Shown piece after piece: positions 1-10,100 of a stretch of DNA of 64,000 nt. The notes beneath the pieces were generated by a model. The model was not told the DNA's origin. It made no database searches and worked only from the letters and a program-made list of their open reading frames with translations. Origin of the DNA: Antedon mediterranea (Eukaryota > Animalia > Echinodermata); NCBI RefSeq assembly GCF_964355755.1, contig NC_092674.1:28148001-28212000 (forward strand). The letters run 5' to 3'. A program made the position numbers and the translations under genes. Numbering within the stretch: position 1 is the stretch's first letter; each line of letters opens with the position of its first letter.

Positions 1-1464
1 TTCGGCTTTGGTCTTTTTCACAGGAACAATCGTCAGATCAAAGAACTCATTGAATTCTGTGGTTTGATGGTAGCTGACATCGTGAACTGGGAATGGTTGT
101 TCTAATGTGCTATCTTCTTGGTTTGGAAATGACACTTGAAGTTTGTGTATACCGCTGACGTTAGGTTTGAACTTGACGGTGTAAGTTCCATCTGTATTGT
201 CCAATACAACAGCCGGCTCCACCAACTCACCATTTGGGTTGGTAACGGATGCATTTATCTGTAATCCACCCATTGATGACGATCCACTATCGTCAGAAGG
301 AAGAATCGTTATTTCTGCATTCTGCTTTGTCAAGATTGCAGGAATATCAAAAGAGGTGTTTGATATGTTAACTTTAGTGTAAACCAAACCATACCCCTCT
401 AGAATCATAGGAAGACATGCAATCTTTTCCGGACTTAATTTGTAGACTAAATAAGCATCTTTTGGCTGGTCTGGTATTTTCTGGTTAACCATCTTCTCCA
501 GAATTGGTTTGCAGTGCTCTTGTGCAGATCTGATGCTCATGCTCTTACTCGAGTCCATCAGAGGTTTCAGATAATCCAGATCCTGACCAAGAAAGTTAAA
601 CCTTAGAAGTATTTGTTCTTTTTCTGCCACTATGTCGTTTAAGACATCTGCTTGCATTTGTTCAATTTTGTCTAGCTGACATTTCATCCAGGAATCGATC
701 ACCTCATCCAGCTTTTTTCGGATCTCGTAAACATGTTTTGAAGCAAGAGCAACATTTGTTTGCAAAGTGGCTTCAGACATTTTTGCTTTGCTGATGTATT
801 CAATAGATAGAGTTTGTTTTCTCTCTGCCTCAGCGATCAATTGACTGAACTCTTCATCACGAACCTTCTGGATATCTTGAAGTTCGTCGACCTCATGTTC
901 TGCATCAAAGTGGTTTAGTTCCTTGCAACTGGAACAAATAATTTCTTTACAATTTGTGCAGTAATAGGATAGAGTACATTGAGTGTGAGAGGAACAATAT
1001 TCAATCATTTTCAGTGTATCGATATCAGGAACTGTCAATGGGGTCACCACATGCTCTTTAAAGCTGCTCATAGTTGAATGAACCTCTGCACAGTATTGGC
1101 AGATGTCCTGACGGCAGTGACCACACCATGAGACTGCATCCTGCCCAAGCTTGCAAGCCTGACAAGATGATACAACATGTTGTATGTCTAAATCAAGTGC
1201 CTCTTTGATTTGGAAAATGTAGTCTGCTGGAACCAGATCATCCGCTTTTATCGACTGTGGCAGGAACTCTTGGCATATTGGACAACAGGTGACATTCAGT
1301 TCTTCTGGTTCTGTACTCTCTTTATCCAGAATGTTATTTATACACGATTCGCAGAATATGTGTTTGCAGCTGAGTTCTCGCGGCATGTGACCGTTGCGAT
1401 TGTATGTTACCCTACATTTTGGGCAGGAAAACAAGTTGAAGTCTTTACTCCTTTCAGAAGCCAT
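1..1464 (-). CDS. TRIM-family E3 ubiquitin ligase (RING, B-box1, B-box2, coiled coil, filamin domain), 3'-partial, at least 488 aa in one exon
   Basis: Open frame from ATG at 1464 (MASERSKDFNLFS...) runs off the window at base 1. RING: CPKC...CKHIFCESC...CPIC. B-box1: CQAC...WCGHCRQDICQYCAEVH...H. B-box2: CSSH...YYCTNCKEIICSSC...H..H. Filamin repeat: GGLQINASVTNPNGELVEPAVVLDNTDGTYTVKFKPNVSGIHKLQVSF. A splice acceptor (minus strand ...cttgtag) lies at 1518-1519. The architecture fits the TRIM2/3/45/71 group; the exact orthologue cannot be assigned. Confidence 0.9.
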   Translation of the reverse strand, partial: MASERSKDFNLFSCPKCRVTYNRNGHMPRELSCKHIFCESCINNILDKESTEPEELNVTCCPICQEFLPQSIKADDLVPADYIFQIKEALDLDIQHVVSSCQACKLGQDAVSWCGHCRQDICQYCAEVHSTMSSFKEHVVTPLTVPDIDTLKMIEYCSSHTQCTLSYYCTNCKEIICSSCKELNHFDAEHEVDELQDIQKVRDEEFSQLIAEAERKQTLSIEYISKAKMSEATLQTNVALASKHVYEIRKKLDEVIDSWMKCQLDKIEQMQADVLNDIVAEKEQILLRFNFLGQDLDYLKPLMDSSKSMSIRSAQEHCKPILEKMVNQKIPDQPKDAYLVYKLSPEKIACLPMILEGYGLVYTKVNISNTSFDIPAILTKQNAEITILPSDDSGSSSMGGLQINASVTNPNGELVEPAVVLDNTDGTYTVKFKPNVSGIHKLQVSFPNQEDSTLEQPFPVHDVSYHQTTEFNEFFDLTIVPVKKTKAE

Positions 1465-1873
1465 TATTTTATCATTGATCTTGTTTAGTAATTTAGACTT
1501 GATCCCTTCCAGAATATCTACAAGGTAGAACAAAGTTGATAAACAAACATGAAAAAGTTACAATACAGTACTGTATTAATTATGATTGTTAAATTAAAAT
1601 CACACACCATTTTAGTAAATAACATTAACAATACATTAAACTCATACAGATTTTCCAATATGGATATAAAGTCAACAGGTTCCAGTATATAGTGGGAATA
1701 ATTAGGTGTAAAATCTACATATTCTAGAGTTGTTTACTATATTTCCAATGAGGGTTATTGCTCTTTACAGTACAAATAATAATTTTAGATGAGACAAAAA
1801 ATTTGATATTTGATGAGAACTAACTTTAAAAAAAAACGTTTTGGGCTAAACCAAACATACAGCATATGTAATG

Positions 1874-2230
1874 ATATACGGCTTTACCACGTTGAAACAC
1901 CGGTTCTCGTCAGATCACCGAAGTTAAGCAACGTTGGGCCTGGTTAGAGCTTGGATGGGAGACCATCTGGGAATAGCGGGTGCTGTATACGGAGCTGGGT
2001 CCCGTTAGGCATTTGAAATCAGCACTGCTGACTCTTATGGCAGCCCCTGCATCTAGTATCTGCCTCAGACCTCTGGTCAAGGTCGGCACTGGACGAGAGA
2101 AGCCTTTGATCAATGTCAGGACCAATCAAGGTGCTTTAAACAGTCCTGGCTTTGTTTGTCTCAAAACCTGTTAGTGGCGGTAATTATCGCTGTTGGTTTC
2201 GATTGAATAAAATAAATAAAATAAATAATA
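1874..2230 (+). mobile_element. 5S rRNA-derived SINE (SINE3-type)
   Basis: 1874-1990 is a full-length 5S-like sequence (..TACGGCTTTACCACGTTGAAACACCGGTTCTCGTCAGATCACCGAAGTTAAGCAACG..GGATGGGAGACC..GGGAATAGCGGGTGCTGTATAC). It has no oligo-T terminator and continues into about 215 nt of unrelated body and an (AATAA)n tail. Confidence 0.75.
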
Positions 2231-2619
2231 CATTATAAAAACTCTAAAAATATAAACATTACTATGAACACTACTCACCAAAAAGAAGTCCATGTTTCTT
2301 GCCTTGCATAACACTACTGGACTCTGGTAACAACACAAACTTTGTCTACACACATTTAGTTTGTTTAGGCAAATAACAATAATATAGAACAATACACACA
2401 GCATATGGGAGTGAATCCATGCATGCATAACGTACCATGGTGTTTGATTTGTAGTTATGAATATTGTCAATACAGATTATAACTCAAAGGTATTGATCGT
2501 GTTAAATTAATCAATCAATTGTACTCTTGTGGTTATCACAGGGTTTAAAGTACCCTAGATAACACAGTTTTGTCTATATTGTCTAATTTGATCTTCTTGC
2601 TCTCAGTGTGTAATATATA

Positions 2620-2801
2620 CAGTCAACTCTTTCAATACTGGATTCTCTGAAAACCAAAAACTCTCCCAAAACCAAACTTTTCTCAAAGTTCAAAAGGTTC
2701 TAAATTTGTTTTTACCATTAAAAACACATTCCGAATACCAGACTGGAAAACCAGATATATTTGGCTAGCCCATAGGTGTCGGGTATTGGGAGAGTTGACT
2801 G
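2620..2801. mobile_element. Tc1/mariner (pogo/Tigger-like) MITE
   Basis: TIR CAGTCAACTCT...AGAGTTGACTG flanked by TA on both sides. A second copy lies at about 50146-50315. Confidence 0.75.
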
Positions 2802-3540
2802 TACTATACTTTCTATAATATCCCAGAAATTGAGAAACTCCGGAAAATCAATATTGATATTAAAACAAGCAATGGTTTTTGGGAAATTGCAAAATAATGT
2901 CTATTTACATTTATTTATGTTTGATGCAGTTAAAACCCTAGGACAACTTTCTGACCTGAGGGCCAAATGAATACTGTATGTACTGTATGTATACTGTGGT
3001 TTAGCTGTTGTATAAATTACTTACAAGTGACTTACAAGTATCCTATTATTTGCAGACTTATGCATGAAATTGAAATTTCTAAACATAAACTCATTACTTT
3101 ATTTGTTGTCAGATGTTTAATGAAGTCAGTGATATCTGGACCAGTATCATGATTGTTGGAATTGTCTGTCATCTTGCAGTCCTGGCAGTTTACAGTGTTC
3201 TATGGGAATCTCGCCGTTCTGCAATCAACGACATGAATTTAAAGAGACTATATTTTAGTATACTACTGTATTCATAAATACACTCCAATTTTGTAATGTA
3301 ATATGCTTTACACTATCCAACTTTATGTGACAAAAAAATTAAAAGTGCCCAAATATGGTAGTAGTGTTATGACATCATCATGTCAATATAGTCAAATCAC
3401 ATTTTTTTGTCACATAAAGTTTAATAGTGTAGACAGCTTTAGATATAAAAATGTGTACAAAGACTCGCCATGCTGACAACTCACAATATATTTAAGTAAA
3501 ATTTGATTTATTTTTAGATCATTGCACTTCAAAGTCTATC

Positions 3541-3574
3541 CATGGAGGTATAAAAATAGATTTATACCTCCATG
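3541..3574. mobile_element. 34-bp hairpin micro-MITE with 7-bp target-site duplication (P-element-like ends)
   Basis: CATGGAGGTATAAA-aataga-TTTATACCTCCATG is flanked by GTCTATC at 3534-3540 and 3575-3581. Confidence 0.6.
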
Positions 3575-4004
3575 GTCTATCCTTTGTTGTTTAGAAATTT
3601 GGCCAAGATTATCTCATTTTTATCTCATTCATTGATATTGTGGGGAGAGGATGGGAAGAAAATGGGTTTCAGCGGCTTAATGTAAAATAATTAAATAAAA
3701 CACTTTTCATGGATAACCCTCTAGAATGCTATTAGTATGATACACAATTTTCTATTTTGTACAAGCTCAATATTAAAGTTAATAGCAACATTATAAATGT
3801 GTAATATAGTTTCATTAACATGTGTACTTTTAAACTTAATGCATGCAATGGCAACATTTAATATAAAAGAATAAAGATAAAACATAGATAGCCTACATTA
3901 AGTATAATATAAAATAATTCCAAAAAAATGCATGCTACACTCGGCAGATATCAGTGTTACTATTGTATGCATTAACAAAGAACTTTGTATTAATTAAAAA
4001 ACTA

Positions 4005-4100
4005 TTTACGCGCTTTTAAAAGAAAACTCATAATTTTATAAACAGCGCCCTCAACATATTGATTTCTTTGAAAAAAAACGCCGCCGCGACCTTTCAAATA
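4005..4100 (+). promoter_or_regulatory. PLK4 proximal promoter with CHR-like (TTTGAA/TTCAAA) and GC-rich CDE/E2F-like elements
   Basis: TTTGAA at 4067-4072, CGCCGCCGCG at 4079-4088, TTCAAA at 4093-4098, about 100-130 bp upstream of the PLK4 ATG. Motif match only. Confidence 0.4.
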
Positions 4101-4198
4101 TCAAGAGACAATTGGTATTTTTTCAAGAAATGTTTGTAAACATGGATGTTTTACCGTCAAGTAAATTAAAAGTACTACTGAGATAGTAGGAAACCAAA

Positions 4199-7100
4199 AT
4201 GTCGTCACCGGTAGGAGAAGGCATCGAGGTAATTTATTGATTGTTTTTATACATATCAAAGGCTGGATTTAAACCGAAAATGAAACGTAAATATAGGCGC
4301 TAGTTAGACTTGACTAATCATGACTTGGCCGCCTCTGTCGTGCATGCAGTGAGTGCAATGATGGGTGGTTTTGAGATTAGGCCTAGCCTAGCTAAGACGT
4401 ATTGTTTTATAAACTATACAGCACCTTTATAATTTAAGATTTTTAAGGACACACATCACTATCACATCCCAGATTTTACTCAAAACTTTAATTTAATTGT
4501 GATTATTTTTAGTTAACATATAGGCCTACCTATAGGCCTAGAGTAGTAAGTAGTATATATTATTACTACTTACTAGCTAGGCCTCAGTCTACTAGTAGGC
4601 CCTATATTGGCATGCAGTATACCGTGTTATGCGCGATTTGAACGATTTGCGCAATTTGAAATTGCGCAAAAAAAATCCTTGCGCAATTTGAATTGAAACA
4701 TGTGTTTCAAATTGCGCAAGCAACGTATTAAATTGCGCAAGTAATCTGCAAATTGCGCAAGGTTTTTCGACAGATTGTGAAATCATGCACACCCATATTT
4801 TTATAGTAATTTCTAAGAATGATTCAAAATTAAAGATAAATATCGCATTTCCTTATTTTAGTAGTGCAAATATTGTTATAAGTTAGCATACCGTTGAAGA
4901 ACCGACGAAGGAAAACGAAGCGGTGGTGTTCCACCAGGCGGGCGCGGCGCGGGCGGCCGGCTATACTACTCTAGCCTAGCTAGGGTCTGGACTACTGATA
5001 CTGACTAGGTTACATGGCCTAGCTTAAACTAATATTAAAAACTTAAAAAGTGAGTATTAAACATTATCTTCATTGAAATGGTCTTATTTATATAATAAAA
5101 TACTAAATTTTAAACTCCTCTGCCTAGGCCTAGCCTAGCCATGTATGGGAAAATTTACAGTTCGTTTTCAAATTGCGCAAAGGTGTCATATTGCGCAAGA
5201 ACTATCTTGCGCAATTTACAAATTGTGCAGCGCAATTTAAAATTGCGCAAAGATTTTCTTGCGCAATTTGAAATTGCGCAAGTTGATTGCGCAATTTGAA
5301 ATTGCGCAAAAAAATCCTTGCGCAATTTAAAATTGCGCAAGAATTCTTTGCGCAATTTGAAATTGCGCAAGGATTTTTTTGCGCAATTTCAAATTGCGCA
5401 AATCGTTCAAATCGCGCATAACACCACACTATAATATTAACAAAATACATTTTATATTTATTTCTAGGACTACCAAGTCCTCAATCTTATTGGCAAAGGT
5501 GGCTTTGCATGTGTGTATCGAGCCAGATCCTTGACAACTGGACTCGAAGTTGCTATCAAGATGGTAAGAAGAAAATAATATTAATAAATTTTAGATTAAT
5601 TTACAAAAAAAACTTTCTCTTGATTTGCTAATGTTTAGATGATTCATCCCATAACTAGATTGACAAAAAGATGATGCAGTCATCGGGAATGGTGCGTCGA
5701 GTTCGCAATGAAGTTGAGATTCACTGTCAACTGAAACATCCGTCAATCCTGGAGGTAAGATCATTCATTTACAATAATTATTATAATTATTGTGTTGTTT
5801 TTGGTATCATCAATTGATCTGTTGCTGTTTGTGTACTGTATCAAACACATTTCAAATCTTTATGTTTTTATATGAATTATTGTACAATACATTTTTTGAA
5901 TTTGAATATTTTCAAGAAAAACTTAGCTTCAAGAGCCTTGCTTATTAAATATACAAAAACAATAATTACACTGTTTTAAAGTGAATGTCTACTGTTACTA
6001 TATAATGTACTTTATTCATTCAGACTTGTTATGTTTTATTGTTTCTCTGCATATGTACACATAACATTTACATTTTAAAAACAAATTTCACCAGTTAAAA
6101 AAAAGTGTGCAGAAGGAGGCCAAAATACACAATTATATAATTAACTAATGTTACTCAACAGTTTACATTTAAATTTACTAAAAACCAAAAGCGCATTTCC
6201 ATCTCTTATTAAAATAATGATTGTTAACATTAATATAAATTTTTTTTTAGCTTTACAGTTACTTTGAAGATGACAATTATGTGTATCTTGTGTTGGAAAT
6301 GTGCCACAATGGAGAGTTGAATAGATTTATGAAAACACATAACAGAGTATTCACAGAGGATGAAGGTTGGTTTTCCTTTTGTGTCTATAAATGTAACTCA
6401 GCCAACACATGTTACGTTTCAGATCAAACTTGACAACAACAAAAATCTATGGACTGCCCTCTCTAAATATATTTCTTATCTTTAAAATATAGTGTAATGA
6501 TGAAAAAGATGCATTTATTCTCAAGAACAAATGAATATAAATAAACAAACAAAAGACAAAGCACCAAACGATGACAGGAAATACTTAAACAATTAGTAAA
6601 AAAGACTAAAAATAAATGTTTTATCACATGATGTATACATACATACATATAAATTCAGTAAACTTTCCTACCATATGAAAACATTTTCAGAGTAATTGTT
6701 TGAGAAAGAATGTTTTAAAAGAAAAAACAGTAGTTTTAAATTAATAAATGGCTATCTTTGAAATCTGCAATCCAGATCCATAAAATATTTCATATTCAAA
6801 TTTATTTATTTATTAACCATATTTGTTTGTTCTTCAGCTTGTCACCTTATGAACCAGATTGTAATTGGGCTACTTTACCTGCATTCTCATGGCATTCTCC
6901 ATCGAGATCTCACACTTGCTAATATATTACTCACTAAAGATCTCAATTGTGTAAGTTCAATCAATGTACACATTCTGTGTAGGTAGAATCTCTGATTATA
7001 CCATATGTTTTGTATACGCTATGTATGAAATGTCTAAAATAAAGAATGAAGTTATATAGTGTGTACGTTCCCACAGTCTACAAAACCCTTACAGCCTTAA

Positions 7101-10100
7101 ACCTTAAGCTCTGTTTACACTATCAATTTTATGTGACAAAAAATGTGACGTGCCCATATATGGGCATGATGTTGTCATATCACTACCATATTTAGGCATA
7201 TCACTACCATATTTGGGCACATCACACTTGTCAAACTAGTTTGGTAGTGTAGACAGGGCTTAAAATTAGTATAAAGTCAGCTGTTCCTTACGAACTGAAT
7301 AATAAGAATTTATTTAGCTTTACTTATTGATAATGAACCTTTTAAATAGTAAAGCACTGAAATACTGAAAAAGTAATGTCTAATTTCATATTTAGTTGAA
7401 TATTCACCCTTCATTGACATCACATCTGATCTTTTTTATTTCTAGAAAATAGCTGATTTTGGCCTAGCAACAAAGCTGAATCTACCTAGTGATAAACACT
7501 ACACCATGTGTGGAACCCCAAACTACATATCACCGTAAGTACACATATTGATTCTGAAAGAATCTTACTTTACCACATTGGCTCTAGTATAAACTTAAGC
7601 CTTGTCTACACTATCAAACTTTATATGACCAAAAAATGTGATGTTCCCATATGGACACGATAATATCATATCACTACCACATTTGGGAATATCAATACAT
7701 AATTACCATTAACTAGTTTGATAGTGTAGACAGGGCTTAACATTGAAGTGAACAGAAGGGGGAGAGAGGTGTTACACAGGGGGAACATTTTTTAATTGAT
7801 TCGAAGGATTATTATGGAAAAAAATATTGAAAATTATTTTTGTTTCCTTACATCATTATCTTTTCATGATTGGATGTTCTAAAGCTCTGTCTATACTACT
7901 ACAAGTGTGTGATGTGCCCGAAATGGTAGTGATATGCCCAAATATATGGTTGTTATATGACATCATCATGTCCATAAATGGCACATCACATTTTGTTGTC
8001 ACATTAGTGTAGTCATGAACGTTATACATTAATGTATGTTATAAATAAAAGGCATGTCATTCAATATAAATGTGCTTCACATACCATCATTATGACTAGT
8101 TTAAATAGAACACTAACAGATTTCCGTAGACAGGAATCAGGTTGAAAGCTTTATCTGTTGTTTATCAATCATAACCTCTTTTACCAAAATTGGAACTAAA
8201 TTCATTTTGTTTATGATGATACAAGATGGCTCCTTTCCCATACTCTTTGACTATTGCCATGTTCTATCAGATTATATGTGTTTTAAAATAAATGTATTGC
8301 AATTTTAAAACTGTATAAAGCTTTGTCTACTATCAATCTAGTTTGACAAAAAAGTGTGATGTACCCAAATATGGTATTGATATGCCTAAATATGGTAGTG
8401 ATATGACATCATCATGTCCATATAATGGGCACATCGCATTTTTTGTCACATAAAGTTTGATAGTGTAGACAAAGGTTAACTGCCTGGTCATTCAGACATG
8501 TCATAATAGCCTGATTGTATACTCTAAATATGAAAAAAGGGAGGGGCTCTTCTTGTTACTGAAGAGCCACACCCACAAGAATGAGACCATGCTGATTGGT
8601 CCTATGGGTTACCCAAAGGTCATAACCTTGTTTTAAATACTTATAACAATGATGTGGCTTTTCTTTTTTTTTTTTTTTCTTTTTTTTTTTTAAATAGGTC
8701 ATACTAAAAAGTACAATAACATTCAACAGAATGGAAGTCGGTCAATTAACAATGTCAGATTTCACGCATTGCGTTCCCCTTTTAAATTAAATTACCCTTA
8801 TTTTAGACAAAGATATAAAAGCAATCAGATTCACTACATTTATCGTGTTTTTTTTTTTAGTTACTAACTACCAAAAATGTCAAAAACAACTAGCTATAAT
8901 TGATCATGAGTTTTGTTTCCTTATAGCTCCAGTATGTTCTCCCAGGCTATGGACATGTTCACTTGTGTTAAAAGTTGATGAAGCTTGTTATATAGCATAA
9001 TTAATTTATTGCAAATTCACTCACATACGGGGGCTGCAAAAACTGTACCTTCATATTATTAGTGAATTTGGGGAAAAAAGTTGTTTATTACTGTATATTT
9101 TATATAGGTTTTCATACTTTTCCTTATTAGGAAATTTTGGAATGTCTTTAAATTTAAAGTTTCTTTTTTACCTTTAAATGGGTTTATTCTGTTAGTCTTG
9201 AATAGATACACAAACTGTATCTTCATATTGGTGAATTTGGAAAAAAAAACCTGTTTATTATGTCATAACGCTTTTTATACTTTTCCTATTAGGACATTTT
9301 TGTAAATGTCTTAAATTTAAAGTCTTTTTTTTACCTTATAATGTGTTTGGAAATAAAAAAAAGTTTTTTATTATCTTTTATATATAGCTTTTCATACTTC
9401 TCTTTGTTAGGAAATGTTTGTGAATGTTTTAAATTTAAAGTCTCTTTTTTTACCTTTAAATGGGTTTATTCTGTTAATCTTGAATAGATACACACAAATG
9501 AAAGTTGAGTACGCTTAAATTATTAAGTATGGTCAGCAGTAAATAAGGAAGCAATGAAATAAGTTCCCAAGAGAGAAATGTCAAGTACCCACATAATCAG
9601 CTTCTGTCTGTATGTCAGATACATGGAGTGAACTTTTCCTGAGGGAATTAAATGGCGGGAAAACACTTACTTGCTTTGAACTAAACAGGGAATTGCATAC
9701 CATTTTGACTAATTTCTATCCCTGCAAAGATGTAAAATTCATTATGTATGAGACCATGATGATTGAGTCTCCTTAACTAACTTTAAACTCTGTCTACACT
9801 ATCAAACTAGTTCAATAAAAACAGTCTTATGTGCCTAAAAATGGTAGTGATATTCCCAAATATGGTAGTGATATGACATCATCATGTTCATATGGATACA
9901 TCACATTTTTTTTCACATAAAGTTTGATAGTGTAGACAGAGCTTTACACTGTTGTCATCCTCTTTGTCTCAATACTGCAGCCTCTTATTTTTAAATTCCT
10001 TTTAATATACTATATTAATTATTACATAGCTTTTCTAATCCCAGCACACCTATTTCAATCTCTAACTAATTTCATTACATTCTCATTATAAAGTAGTTTG

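Noticed and set aside
1874-1990. Functional 5S rRNA gene
   Set aside because: Single copy, several substitutions, no oligo-T terminator, and it continues into a body with an A-rich tail. Better explained as a SINE head.
4592-5450. ORFs with RNFKLRK / AQFEIAQ repeats
   Set aside because: They are translations of the foldback element's palindromic sub-repeats.
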